A stretch of 59,024 nt of DNA, filler included, from Sphacelaria rigidula (GCA_964200075.2; 8 parts of 8 records of this genome joined end to end with filler, not necessarily neighbours in it); one strand, 5' to 3'; numbered from the whole stretch's first letter, positions 38,000 to 51,264 are shown. Notes: generated by a model not told the origin, from the sequence alone. A program made the numbers and translations.

Positions 38000-38509
38000 G
38001 GCCGCTCCTTATAGCAGACAATGTTTTGGGGAAAAGTGTCTTTTTTAAGCTTTCAAGTCGTTTTACGCCCAAAAAGAGCTAGGCAGATGTTGACACCTTG
38101 GATTGACTTGCGGTACTCGTTGAGACGATTCCAGCACGCCTGTGCATTTTCCCGGTGGCCGCAGTGTCTTTCTGGCCCAGACTTGCATTTTTCTCAGAGA
38201 TCGCTCATTTTTCTCGGAGACGGGTCAACTGCAGAAAAACTTCGCATATTTATGTGGACTTGACCAATCTCCGAGAAAAATGAGCGATCACCGAGAAAAG
38301 AGCAAGTCCGGGCAAGAAAGAAGCTGCGGTCATCGGGAAAACGCACAGGTGTGCTGGAGCCGTCTCAATGAGTACCACAACAAGCTGTTCCAAGTTGTCA
38401 AAATCCACCTACTGTAGCTCTCTTTTGGGGCGTAAAACAACTTCAGAGCTCCAAAAAGGCACTTTTCAAGATTTGTATTTTTGTCTGCTATCTGCGACAA
38501 GGAGCAGAC
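38000..38509. mobile_element. Foldback MITE, Harbinger-like
   Basis: GGCCGCTCCTTATAGCAGACAA left end after TTA; long imperfect inverted arms (ATCGCTCATTTTTCTCGGAGA / TCTCCGAGAAAAATGAGCGAT). Confidence 0.75.
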
Positions 38510-38550
38510 TTCAGGCGTTTTAGTATGGTAACGAAAATTTTCTCACGAGA

Positions 38551-39236
38551 ACGCCCGAACCTCTTCCCCCCCAAAAAATGAAGGCCCATGTATTTTTATT
38601 CAGCATACCTCTGTGGTTCTCCATGCTGAGTTTCAAATCACAATTCTAAAATTTGATCTAAAAAGTCGAGATGAGGCCGAAGAGCAGTGTTCGTTTCTCC
38701 TCAAAACTGCCCTGAAAAGCGGAAAAAAACAAAGAGAGAAAAAACTGACGAAAAAACTGTGTTTTTTAGCTTTATTATGCACTAGTGGACATACATACGA
38801 AATTTCATTGCATGACACACGATATCCAGATTTAGTTCATCTAGTGCCTCTGCTCGTAATATATTGATTTTAGTATGGAATCTTATGTGCGCCGTATCTC
38901 GAGATGAATAACGAGTTAGGTGAAGGTTTGGGGGTATTATCGTCTCCCCGTGCTCCAGCGAATGTCCACACCAAAAATCGTCATCCGCCGATTGCATTGA
39001 TCGAGTTGTCATATAGATTTTAGTATGGACACTGTCTCCATTGGGTATATAAGAATTACTAGACGCGGGGTTTCATCAACGAGAAAATATTGGCCCACAC
39101 TTTTGAGGAGATGGGCACATTTCCCTTAATTAGAAGATTAACACGATATGCGAATCAAGGCCCAACTCGTCTGCGTCGACGAGATATTGTTTCGAGAGCT
39201 TAAATCCGTTTCTAGGCTGGCCCAGCTCGTACTCGC
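38551..39236 (-). repeat. ~700-bp dispersed repeat, copy 2
   Basis: Reverse-complement homolog of 13957-14682. Confidence 0.85.
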
Positions 39237-39618
39237 TTGGTGCTCGTCTTCTTGTTATTACGTTCAATCTCGATCCGAATCACGCACAACAAAGAAAATA
39301 ATGCTGCGGTGAATGCCAACAGTCGTGTGAGCAGCGAGTATCAGACGACGACGGTCAAGCATAAGTTGAGTAGGCTACTTGCTCTTCCTCCCAAACCTAT
39401 GTTTATCTTTTTTCGTTCTACGGTGCCGTAGCGCGTTCGTTCTTGATTGATAAGGTGGATGTGGTATCACGGATGAAAATGATCAACGGGTTTCGATTGC
39501 AGATTTCACGATAGTGACGACGAAAAACATGACAATGTCAAGTTGCCTCATCGTGTGTCCCGATGCGATGCTCATTGGGAAACAAACATCGCCTGCTGTC
39601 GCGTTGTAGGGGCAAGGT

Positions 39619-40380
39619 ATGATGTCTTCAATGACTCCTACCTCGCATATTTCACCGATAACTGCTGCGGAATTAGGAGAAGTCTCTCCCCAGAACGAGA
39701 TCCAACCTCCAGTAAAAAAGACGAGAAAAAATCTCACCACAGCCGAGAAGAGAGCAGTAATCGCAGAGCTCCTGAAGGGCAGCACAAAGGGGTCTCTAGC
39801 ATGGGGCGACTTCGCCAGGGTTGCAGCTCTTTTCAACACCAACAGGAAGACCGTATCCAAGCTATGGAAGCACTACGAATCGCAAAAAGCTAACGGCGTC
39901 ATTGACCCAGATCTGGGCAACAAACGTAAGGGCAATAGCGGGCGGAAGGGGGTCGATCTAGAGAGTCTCAGGGAGGAACTCCGCAAAATTCCCCCCAAGG
40001 AACGCACGTCCATGACCCAGCGAGCACTTGCGGAGACACTAGGCATGCCGCATTCGACCCTCTCCAACCACCTGAAGAAGCTAGGCGTCTCGCGATCCAA
40101 GTCTAAAAGTACAGGGGCCGGGGCGGCAGCGGTAGCAGTGGCGGCGGCGCCGACCACGACCACGACCGCGCTCCCGATGGTGGCCGGGTTTCCGGTAGTG
40201 ACCGGGCTCCCAGCGGCGACCGACGTTGCTGCGGCGGCCGGGGTTGAGGCGGCGACCGGAGCGATGGCGGGGGCCGAGGCGGTGGCGGCCGAGGCGGTGG
40301 CAGCGGTCGAGGCGATGACATCAGCGCCAATGATTTCGCCAGCGTCGGTGATGGCACCGGCGCCGGTGGCAGAAAGCTAG
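39619..40380 (+). CDS. Mariner-transposase-derived HTH DNA-binding protein lacking the DDD domain
   Basis: Intact 253-aa ORF. NLTTAEKRAVIAELLKGS..GSL..G..ARVAALF....TVSKLW, KRKGNSGRK and IPPKER..TQRALAETLGMPHSTL..HLK resemble the N-terminus of plant/stramenopile mariner-type transposases; an Ala-rich tail and stop follow. Confidence 0.75.
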   Translation: MMSSMTPTSHISPITAAELGEVSPQNEIQPPVKKTRKNLTTAEKRAVIAELLKGSTKGSLAWGDFARVAALFNTNRKTVSKLWKHYESQKANGVIDPDLGNKRKGNSGRKGVDLESLREELRKIPPKERTSMTQRALAETLGMPHSTLSNHLKKLGVSRSKSKSTGAGAAAVAVAAAPTTTTTALPMVAGFPVVTGLPAATDVAAAAGVEAATGAMAGAEAVAAEAVAAVEAMTSAPMISPASVMAPAPVAES

Positions 40381-43101
40381 CTGGTCGTGATGCTAGCGGT
40401 GTGGGCCGGGGTATGTGTTGAAGTAGGGTGCTGTTTTGGGGTATGTGCTGGGTCGGTCACGGGGTGTACCACCCCTCTTCGTAGACTTCAGACTGTACTG
40501 TGGGTGAAGTTTTAAGTTTTCCAGTTTCGTTCACGAGTTTTTCGAAATACCGCTACCGTGCCGCCGATGCAGTGATAATTGTCGATCATATCTCGTCGAT
40601 TTCTCTCAATACATGATCGATCTCTCGGGCGCCTCGTTGTACGAAGTGCCGAAGGCGGGGCGCAATGGCGACGAAGTATGAAACACGAGCTTGGTCTTGT
40701 GCCAGGTGTTGTCATGCTACAATAGTACTGTACTGGTACAGTACAGTAGTACGGATCAAGCTAAGTCGACCGAATCTCTAGAGCGTAACTGTTGGAAAGT
40801 CTGCGTGGCATGGAATGGGCGTGGAGTGTATGTTTGCCAGCGTTAATATTGCCCTAAGCTGTGCGCTGTACCATTGCAGTTTGTAAATATGACGTGAAAC
40901 GAAGAACTTGGTGCAATTTATTTCTGGGTATACAATACTCCGCTTCTACGGTAGGCATTTTTTACCGCTGTCGCGGGAATACTGGCATTCCTCTGCCAGC
41001 GGACCGTGAACCGGGCTGACTGAGCAAAGTCGTCTGCTCTAACGTTTGTACGGGGTACTACTGTTTATTATATATCTCTTCGTGGTCTCTTGATCTCAAG
41101 AAGGTATTCACGAGGTCATCAAAATCGACCATGGCTGGGTTACGCGGACTTCGTCTGGCCGCTAAATTTTCGAACCTTCATGGGGGTGACGGTTGCCAGC
41201 GTTCGCTATTGACACACGTTGTGTGTACGATATCCTGTGTTCCCCCGTCTGCCCAATCCCCCTTCGTAGGGTTGGCCTCGGTTGGCAATGGTTCTGTAAA
41301 ACACTCCTCTCACTGCGTAAGCAAGGCAACCAGGTTACCGTTTTTTTACTCCTCGCGTTTTATTGCGGAAACCATGGTGGTCGAGCCAGGTCATATTGTG
41401 CGGTGTGAAGATCCTCAACTCCAAGCAAAGGGGGCGATCGTACTATACTACGCAGTGTCCAAATAGTGAGACACTCATGAAGCAGTGCGTAACCCATGGC
41501 TGTCTCTGAAAGTGATAGTACCAGATAATGAAGCAATTCATTATAGGCTGTCATCAATGTGCAAGATGATCAGCACGCTTCGGGACGAACAATCTTAGCA
41601 GAATCGCGGTCACCCCTCATGCGACCTGCCAAACACACCACGGCGCTTCGCGCTTGGTGGTTGATTGCGAGCCTGGTCCTGCAAAACCCGGCGTGCTCCG
41701 TTCCGGCTTTGTTGGGATGCGAGGTCAACGGTCTGATGACTGCGGCATGCAATACGATGAGTACACCCCCTTGCCCGAGGACTCTGGGTTTGCACACGGG
41801 TTGGACTTATTGTTCGGCAGTTACCGCTCGGGTTATTAAGCAGTTTTTAAATTTGTCAGCTGTGAGCCATGGACAATTTTGACGACAAACTCGCGTAGCC
41901 CCGCCCCTTCAATCACTCGTTTGCCCTCCATCTACGCGACGTACATTACGCTTCACGCCACGAGCGCGGCAGTTTTCACCACGAGCGAAATACTCCTCAC
42001 ACGGTCAACCGATTGGCCCTATTGTGGTACTACAGCGACCTTGTCAACATCAATACTATTTTCTCTCAATGCTCAAACTTTGCTACAGGTACAGGGTATC
42101 GAGTGTACTTCGAGTTTCCTGGGATCGACGGAGCAGTCGAGTTACGCCGCGATAGCGCCCCCCAGAAAAATAGCTTGTTTGAGGTGGCGAACTTTACATG
42201 TAGATCAGCTTGACAAAAGGCGAGCACACGAAGCAGCCGGGAACTCATGCGCATGAGATCGGTGTCGCCAACATCGCCCATACGAGGCGCTCTATGCAGT
42301 CTGTAACAAGCTACCATGCCCTGGATGACCATTTTTTTCGTGGAGGTTTCGGGGGTGGTTTGGGAGGGGCTATCGCGGCATAACTGCTTGCAGTCCATCG
42401 TCATGTACCCTTTGAACGCCCATGGCTTCAGTTCCGAGATTTTTTTTTCCCGCCGATAATCCGGCAATATATTAAAGGATGGAGTGTGTACAGTAGACGT
42501 GGAATGGACATGGGCGATTAGAGGGAGGGGTGCAAAAGTAAGAGTTTCAGTCAAGAGGGGCGCAGCAGCCTCTTCTTGCCCTACATGATTGAGGCACGAG
42601 GGTGCACATTTCATCCTTTAGGCATCATTCTGCTATGTTTTCTGACATGAGTTCTTCGACACCCGTGACCACATCGTGTGCTGGTGCGACACGACGACTT
42701 TGACTGTTTTTTTGCATTGAAACAGGAATACCGATGTATACGCTGACAGCTGTGTGTTATGATGCATAATCTATGACCGCCAACAAATGCGCGACAATGA
42801 CCTGTTCCATGTAATGTAGGGGCCGCCTCCTCCGTCAAAACAGCTATTATCAGCGACTTCCCCCGCTACAATGCCCGTCCGTTCAGCGTTCAGTTCAAGA
42901 CCCGGGCGGTAAGAGGTTCAACACTCAGAGCGCCCACACGCCTCTCGTCTGTTGGGTCGATATCATGTTCACTCTATGAGTGACCTGTCGGACACAAAAC
43001 CTTTTCGACAGATTTGGTGTCGGGAGTTTGATCGAGACTGAGCTTCGCGATTCGCTCTAACTTGATTATTTTTACAGTCTGGATATTATTTCTGACAGAA
43101 A

Positions 43102-43503
43102 GCCGGTTCCTGAAGTCAGGAAACCGACTCTCTGAGAACTGCCCTTTTTGAGTCTTTCATCGCAGATTTTTGGCGGAGTATGGACCTTGGCGGGTTGGGC
43201 CTCTAAAATATTTGCTATGCTTTCCAAGAGGATTCTAGCTCACTTTCCCTATTATTCGTACGCTCACTTTTGTTTTGGCCGGACTACCGATTTTTTCTGC
43301 CGCCCCAACAATCGGGAATCCGACTGAAGGTAGAAGTTGGCGCACGAAAAATCGGGAAAGTGCGCTAGGATACTCTTGGAAAGCATAAAAAGTATTTCAG
43401 AGGAGGCCCAATTCGTCAAGGCCGGTATTCAGCCAAAACATCTATGAGAGAATGCCCAAATGGCTGTTCTCAGAGAATCCGTTTTCCAACCATGAGAAGC
43501 GGT
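43102..43503. mobile_element. Foldback MITE-like element
   Basis: Imperfect inverted arms: TCTCTGAGAAC / GTTCTCAGAGA and ATGCTTTCCAAGAG / CTCTTGGAAAGCAT. Confidence 0.7.
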
Positions 43504-44244
43504 CAACAATGCCGTGTGCTTACAGCTACACGTCGAAATCCTGCCCAGGGATGTCAGAGGCACTACTAGCGGCATGCTACGATTCTACAACACGTCGTGA
43601 AGTGCACAAGCCGTTGCGTAAGGGCCAGAGGGGCGCATTTCGGCAGGGAGTGAAACTGTTTCGGATAATAATTGACCATTTCTGGAATTTTGGTCTCTTT
43701 TTTTTTGCTGCTTGAGGCCGATGCAATGAAATATGCATTGATTCCACCCCGCGGCGAAGGCAGCTTCTTACGGTGAACAACCAAAACACAACTGCAAAAC
43801 TGCATTTTTGGTCCTTTTTTTGCGTTGGTTGCTCTACGCCCTCAATTAACATGGTCTGGGCAGATTTTGATATCTTGGAATGACTTACTGGACTTGTTGA
43901 GACAGTTTTAGGACAACGTGGCATAATTTCCGGTGGCCGCACTTTTTCTGCCAAACTTGTATTTTAGCCCAAGGTCAAGTACAGGAAAAACTGGCATATT
44001 TTCCAAGTTTGACCGTTTTCCACCGTTCCTGAGAAAACTGCAAGTTTGGCTAAAACAAAAAACTGCGGCCAACGGAAAACGTAAAGTTGACCTGAAGCCG
44101 TCTCATGGAGTCGAACGAGTCATTCCAAGGTGTCAAAGGGTCATCCCACGATAGGGGGGGGGGGGGGGGGGGGGGTTTGTTGGACAAAAAAGGGGGCCCC
44201 CTTTTGGTTCCACACGCCTTTCACCCCCCCGGGCGGCGTGTTTT

Positions 44245-44344
44245 NNNNNNNNNNNNNNNNNNNNNNNNNNNNNNNNNNNNNNNNNNNNTTAATTAATTAA
44301 NNNNNNNNNNNNNNNNNNNNNNNNNNNNNNNNNNNNNNNNNNNN
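44245..44344. other. Artificial contig spacer
   Basis: N44-TTAATTAATTAA-N44. Confidence 0.99.
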
Positions 44345-44740
44345 GTGGGGTCGGTTACTCCTTGAGCGATCATGGGGCCAGTTACCCCTTAAGTGATCAT
44401 GGGGCCAGTTACCCCTTCAGTGACAGTGGGGCCAGTTACCCCTTGAACGATCATGGGACCAGTTACCCCTTAAGTGATCATGGGGTCAGTTACCCCTTCA
44501 GTGACCATGGGGCCAGTTACCCCTTCTATGACCATGGGGCCAGTTACCCCTTCAGTGACCGTGGGGCCAGTTACCCCTTGAGCGATCATGGGGCCAGTTA
44601 CCCCTTCAGTGACAGTGGGGCCAGTTACCCCTTGAACGATCATGGGGCCAGTTACCCCTTCAGTGATCATGGGGCCAGTTACCCCAGTAGTGAGCGTGGG
44701 GCCAGTTACCCCAGTAGTGAACATGGGGCCAGTTACGCCA
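44345..44740 (+). repeat. 27-bp tandem repeat (about 14 units) encoding (S/N)DHGASYP(L/F)
   Basis: Unit CTTnnnGAnnnTGGGGCCAGTTACCC; ORF 44362-45018 stays open through it. Confidence 0.95.
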
Positions 44741-45213
44741 TTTCTGACTGTGAGCCCTTCACTGAACATGGGGCCAGTTCCCCCTCCAGTAAACACGACG
44801 ACAGGGATTCCACCAGTGATCGTAGGATCAGTAGCCACTTCAGTAAACACACGGCCAGTTACCCTTCCCGCGAACCAGGGGCCACTTACCCCGCTACTAA
44901 TCCCTCAACGGATCAAGGAGCCAGTAGTTCCGCGTCCGGTGTCAGACAGAAAACAGGTATATCATGGGTTAGTTCTCAGTCTAGCGGATCGGCGGCGATG
45001 CCTCCTCCTAACGGGTGAGATGAGTCGGGACAGTCTGACGCTGAACTAGTGGCACTGTGGTACTCAGAAGAAGGAGAGCTGGAAAAATCAGGTATCACAG
45101 TCAAGAAAAAAGAAGACATACTGTACAGACTCGCAAATATCTGCACGCGCATCACAAAAAAACGCGGTGGACGCGTTGGGGATGTCGCGAGGTCTATCGA
45201 GTGACCGCTAGTC

Positions 45214-47100
45214 ATGCCGCCAGTAGACCCGCACGAGATCAGGACGTATTTCGGGGAGAACAAGGGTTTCCCGCAGACAGACGAACTCGTTACTATCGCA
45301 GCCACAGGTGTCCCCGTCGGCGCGACAGTCACTACATCCCCCACACAGGAGAACCTCGACTGCGCACTACAGTATGGCAACCACAGTAGCGCCCACGATC
45401 AACTACCAAATATTTGGGGAAAACTGGGGGATGATGTACGAAGGGAAAAGTGTCTGATAGTCGAAAAGTCGGCCGCCCGAAAAATCCCGAACCTGCGGTT
45501 GTCCCCCCAGCAGTAACCATACACAAAGACCACATAATCAACGATTTGTCCTTCGACGCACAACGCACTCGGAAAAGAAAAGGAGGGCTACGGTGACACA
45601 AACTCTGAAGACGTGTCGGCCTGTTTATGCGGAGAAGCGCTGCAGAAGTTCCTCAAAGAGCTCATTTCGTTGCGAAAAAAAAAATGCATACTAATGGCAA
45701 AGGCCGATTCATCGGATGCGTTCCGTAATGTGAGGATAGATCCAGACCATGCCCATCAATTCAGCTACGTTGTGGACAACCTGGTCGTGTGTGACTTCCG
45801 GCTCACGTTCGGCTGGTCAGGCTCGCCAGGTTTCTGGGGAGAATTGGCATCGGCGGCAAAACACGCGCACTGCAACACGAACATTGACAACGCGGCTTTA
45901 CTGCCAGAAGGCAAGGAGATGACAGCTCACGAAAAAATAGCCGATAGGTGGAAAACGGGGAACCCCACACCATTTCCAAAAGATTCTACGACTACCCCAC
46001 ACCCAGCAGGAGGCTTACATGATAATTACTTCACGTCAGTGTACGTAGACGACTACCTGCAGATTCGCGTACAGCACTCCGATGGCGACACGAGCGCATT
46101 GATCGCGTTCGCGTCCCTCGCATCCGACCACGTCAGACTCTTCGGCAACAGAGAAGAAGACGAGACACCTGTTCTAGCCCCCCAAAAGAGTACAGATTGG
46201 GGTACCGAGATAGAGGCGTTGGGCCTGACCATTAACTCGCACACTATGCGGGTTTTCGTATCCCGCGAGAAGGTCGAGGCGCTCCGACAGACGTTGCTAA
46301 CCGAGTGCCCCCCCCCACTCGACGTTCAGCGACTGCTAGAGAAATATTGAGCCTGGCCGGAAAGCTGTGGCACCTCACATACGCAATGCGACCAGGTAAA
46401 TATTTCGTATGGAGGACTCTGCAACTTGCGGGGCTTCACGATTCTAGAACGAGAGACAACCAGAGCTGCATAGTAGAGGTAGAAACGCCGACCTGAACTT
46501 TTGGAAGCGGGCGATCAAGGAAAAACTCCTGCAGCATAGTGAGTCTCTGAGTGCACCCTGCTACTCCATAGTAAAGCGACCTGCCCACCGACACTACCTC
46601 TCGGACGCAAGCTTCGAAGCCGTAGGCGGCTACTGCCCGAAAAAAAAACATACTGGAGATACGACTTACCACCGGAACTTACCGCAGAACTCAAAAGAAA
46701 AGCTCAACTTCGTAAGACATGCACGATCGCCATTAACCTCTTGGAACTCCTGGGGATGGTAGTCACCGCTTGGGTCATGCTCAAATAGGTGAACGACAAC
46801 CCCAATAATCAGGGCGACCCAATCTTAATGCGCGGGGACAACGTAGCGGCAGTCACATGGGTCAACCGGTGCGGGGGTGCAAAAGATAAACGCGCAGGGT
46901 TACTCATGAGAACCCTCGGGAGGCTGGAAATCACGGGGGGGTGGAGTCACGAGGCAAAACACATTCAAGGGATCCAAAACGTACTAGCGGATGAAATTTC
47001 ACGCTGGCGACGGGCGGAGCTAACCAGACGAGTAAGGGAGAACACCAACGACAGTAACTGGTCAGAACAAGCCATCGGTCCACGGGGGGAGAGCATTTTC
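45214..47100 (+). pseudogene. DIRS-type reverse transcriptase / RNase H, disrupted
   Basis: KADSSDAFRNV, RLTFGWSGSPGFW, YVDDYL, ALGLTINS; RNase H SDAS, INLLELLG, GDNVAAVTWVN, HIQGIQNVLADEISR. Confidence 0.9.
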
Positions 47101-47442
47101 CACGCCATCCAACACGACGAAACGCTGTGGACGCGCATGATGGAACCCAGGTGTCGATGTGATACTCGAACAACGAAACAAAAGCACCATCACCAAAAAC
47201 AACCACAACCCAGGCATGAGTATATAAATATTTATATATATATAGGATACTCAGTCACGTACAGTACATATAAAAATGACTACCACCCGGCATACGACAG
47301 AGACGGTCATGGGGTCACTGGATAAGACATCAAGCCACCCTCCAACCTCACCCCCCACCTGCTCCTCCCCCCCTGAACGCAGGAACAGGAGAAACCGGGG
47401 GGCACACAGCAGGGAGGAAGTAGCGCGTATAGTCAAGCGCTG

Positions 47443-48440
47443 GTGCTGGGGGGCGTTGGGGGTAGCACCCACAGGACGTATAAAGCGCGTTTTGAAGTGT
47501 GGGAAAAAATGCGCTATGCACAGGGAAAATCACCCTGGTTGACTGAAAACGGTGAACCGGACGACATGATCAGTGCACTGATCGAGTTCATGGCTATGCG
47601 ATGTTTCGTGCACAACAACCAACACTCCACCATACGAGGTTACCTCGCCGCTATCAAGTATTTTCATAAAGTGTATGTCGGATGGGACCTACCTACAACG
47701 CACGGCAGGATTAGGGCTGTAGGAAAAGGGATTGATATAGCTCACGCACCGACTCAAGGGAAACCGCGCATCATCAGGCGGCCGTTGACTTGGGCATTGC
47801 TCAAAAAGGGCGACAGACAATAACCGAGGATCCGGATGGGGGTCATGTCATGTGGCTTGGTCTCGCGCTTTCGAATATTTTGCTGTGCAAGGCATCCGAG
47901 TTGTGGGCGTACCCCGACGGTACCGCCCATCCAGAATTCTGCTTAACCCGCAATTGCATCAGTTTTTTCCGGGAAGACGTACAGTTAGATTTCGCGAACC
48001 GCGCGTTTGCGAACCAAGCAAAAATTCAACTCGTTGCCTTCAAATCCGAAAAAATGAAAAAAATGAAAAGTACAGCTTACATCATCACGAGAACAAGGAT
48101 TGTCGATTCGGTGCGATCGGGCGGAGTGGCGGCGGGCGCATTCGAGGCGCTGTTGGACTTGTTGGACGTGCACCCACAACTGCCAGGCCACGCACCCCTG
48201 ACCACGACAGCCACGCCCACGGGATGGAAGGCTTTTACTCGAATAAGCAGTAACCGCGTTAAGAACCATGGTCAGCCGTGCGGGTAGAGACCCGTCCGAA
48301 TACGCTTTACACTCAGGCAGGAATGGTGGGGCCACGTAACTAGCGGCTCGAGGAATATCCGAACTACAGATTCAACGAGCAGGACGGTGAAAGTCGAGGG
48401 CGTTTATGGTTCACGTCATGGAGGCGGGGGAGGGCGCAGA
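47443..48440 (+). pseudogene. Tyrosine recombinase, disrupted
   Basis: STIRGYLAAIKYFH, RRPLT, LCKASEL (normally LRxSE), YALHSGRNGGAT*, AGR*KSRAFMVHV (normally GRWxS..Y). Confidence 0.88.
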
Positions 48441-51176
48441 GGGCGTCTCCGTCGCGCTAGGGGAACAGCGAGTAGGGTAGCCAGACGTTCAAAGTTTGGG
48501 CTTAACAATATACTCGACTGTCAATCAGGCTCGCCTAATGGGGGAGAGGTGGATAGCTCCGCAGGGGATAGTAACAACATAATCGTCAGCGTCGATTTTC
48601 GGGTTAGCCTGATTAATAGTATGTAGTAGTTGATGAGATGATGGGGACAAAAATGCACCGAGTGCATACCGCATTGAGTTTGATTTGTTTTTGGTTACAG
48701 GTATTTTAATTTGTGGTAATTCCAGTGGGACACTGCCGTACGTGGAAACGGGACAACACAAAATACCAGAATTCTTGAGCCGAAGCAAAGGGATGATTTT
48801 GTCGCGCAGCGGGGCTTCGAATCAATTCGAGAAAAAAAGTGCGTGGTTCCGAGCTTCATAATGAGGCCCGGATGGGTAGCAGACGACGGATAGAACACGA
48901 CTCTTCTTGAATTACGGTCCAGTAGAAGCCTTTCAGCCCGAAGAGCCTCAAAGGAATCTCAGCCCCAAGGGCCTTGTACGAGTACTACGGACATGGGATT
49001 TCGGTTCAGTAGAAGCCTTGTCAGCCTTAAGGGCCTCGAATGAACATTATGAACACGAAATTTCAGTTCAGTAGAAAAACATTTCAGTCCCAAGGGCTTC
49101 AAAGGAATAATATGAGTATGGAATGATTGAAGTAGTGGGTAGACGCACCCGTTTTCGCGCAAAATAAGGTACACTGCGAGGCCGAAATCGTCGGACACCT
49201 GGCAGCAGGGCTGTGGACGCCTCGCCTTTATCGGCATTGATCGTAGAGTGGTTTGGGCCTAGGACGGACTGCTCCACCTTGCGCATCTACTTGCACCCAC
49301 TCTCGTGCTGCAGTACGTGATGCACCAACTTGTGATTACTGCCTCAAAGTAGATATACTTAATGCAAGTTTAGACAGGGAGCATTTTCGAGGGATTGAAA
49401 GCCTGGAGTGTTTCTTCCTTTGTTCCACTCATCTTTCGAAAAACATCTTTGTTGTAAATTCTCCGGATATTCCGGCTTTTTGGTTTGTCACATTCAACTT
49501 TTCTTCGCAGGAATTAGACGGCACACTTTCTTCATATACGTGGTGGTTCATTTCGATCTCGACGCATTGTCCCGTCAACAAACCGCTCAACAAGCAAGCG
49601 CCCTCTCTCGCCGTGGATATGAATAGCACATGTAGCATTATGGCGAACAGATCGGAGGGAATCTCCCACCCACATTGTTGTGTTTTCTTTTCATCACTTG
49701 CAATTTACGGAGAACAGGCCTTACGGTGAAAAAAGTCAACCGTGTTCAGTCATCCTCATCTCCGTGGAGCCACGAGTTGCCACAAAATACGTCTATCATC
49801 AGCGACAGAAAATGACCAACAGACACAAAACCACTCCTACCGAATGTCCGACGATCTCGGCCTCAGCGTGCGATCATTTCACGGCTGTTTGCACCATGGA
49901 TGAGTACCAACATGTACATATTTATCTCGTTCTAATTCCAGTCGAGCTGCGGGAATCTCACTCCGCAGAAGTATCCTCGCGGGTTGCGCACTCCAAAATC
50001 AGCTCGAATAATGCACAGCGGCCCGCTCCGAACATCCACTACTCGTATTCCTTCTCATTACAAACTACATATCTCGTCAAGCAAGACCTGGTTGGCGTGG
50101 CCTCTCTACACTCTACATCCGCGAACAAAAATATCTGCGTGGCTTTCGTTCCACGTTTCGCAACAGTAAGCAATACACATCGAACCAAAGCAACCGCCTT
50201 ACGCGCGAATCCACACCGGCAATCTTCACCATTTCCTCACCCATCATTGTACCCCGCAGTCAGGAAGTCTTGACCGGAAGAGTTAGATTAATCGAGGAAA
50301 ACCGAACCACGCAGTGCAAGCTACACACAAACACACCAGAAACGCCAGAAGGAACACCAGAAAAATAAAAGTACCAAAAAAACTCGAAAACGAAACATAG
50401 TCACCAAAAACCACGTGACCTACCTTCTCAATCGTTTTTTTCACTCCGCACGTCATGAGTGACTTGTTTCCATCGACTACTACGGCTACTTCGTCGAATG
50501 AAACTCGATCATACTATCAGTACCATCATACCGCAGTGAAATTGTTTACCCGTCGTCTGAAAGTAGAACTACGGCCATCAAACCCCCTTCCCATTATATC
50601 GAAAAACATCGACAAGCAGGAAAAAATGAGTTTGAACTGGCGCACACACCCACTTAGACGGCGATATCCAAGCGCTAATGAAACTGGGCACACATTCGGA
50701 CCCCAATTTTATTTCGGTAGGTATATATTTGACAACACGCGGACAGATATTGGAATATACCGTCCCTGTGAATTCCGACACACCACCACGGAGTTGAGGG
50801 CACCTGCCGAAAGACAGAAGCCATCATGTACAAGACCCGTGCACGTACATCACACACGGTCGAAGAACCATACAGAAAACACGATCGATTCTCTGCTCAT
50901 TCAAGTGACTCCCACAACCGGACGGAGGTGTGCTACAACTCGACGTACGCACGCACCTACATATGGAAAGGCCATTCGCAAAATAGACGTGAAGTGGATG
51001 TTTCAAATTATGCCTCCCGAGAACCAGCAAATAGCGCAGCAAAGATTACACACGCACACGACGGATGTACGAAGAAATATTCCCACCCCCCCTCAAATCG
51101 GTTGGAGGCCAGTACAAGACAGTGATACACAACTTTGGAGAGAGTTGAAGACTCGCCGCTTGCAGGGGCTAGTCAC

Positions 51177-51264
51177 GTCCGTAGCCGCATTCCTGGAATG
51201 TCTTGGTCTGGTAGTCCACGTTGACGCCGATCTCACCGATTTCAATCTCGCGACTGTTTTGCAT
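51177..51264 (-). CDS. Possible short first exon of an unknown gene
   Basis: GCAAAATG start, MQNSREIEIGEIGVNVDYQTKTFQECGYG, then a GTGACT donor; no downstream exon found. Confidence 0.3.

Larger units (their letters stand above)
44345..48480 (+). mobile_element. Tyrosine-recombinase retrotransposon (DIRS/Ngaro-type), degenerate, 5' truncated
   Basis: RT, RNase H and tyrosine recombinase in order on one strand with no DDE integrase; many stops and frameshifts. 3' boundary approximate. Confidence 0.9.

Noticed and set aside
41570..42185. Possible isolated exons (41624-41741 minus; 42089-42183 plus)
   Set aside because: Splice-like signals exist, but no recognisable product or joinable neighbours.
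44345..44740. CRISPR-like palindromic repeats
   Set aside because: Variable part is only ~9 nt, recurs identically and keeps codon phase.
49253..51150. Several 150-270-aa ORFs
   Set aside because: No recognisable domains or exon structure; probably decayed repeat or intron DNA.
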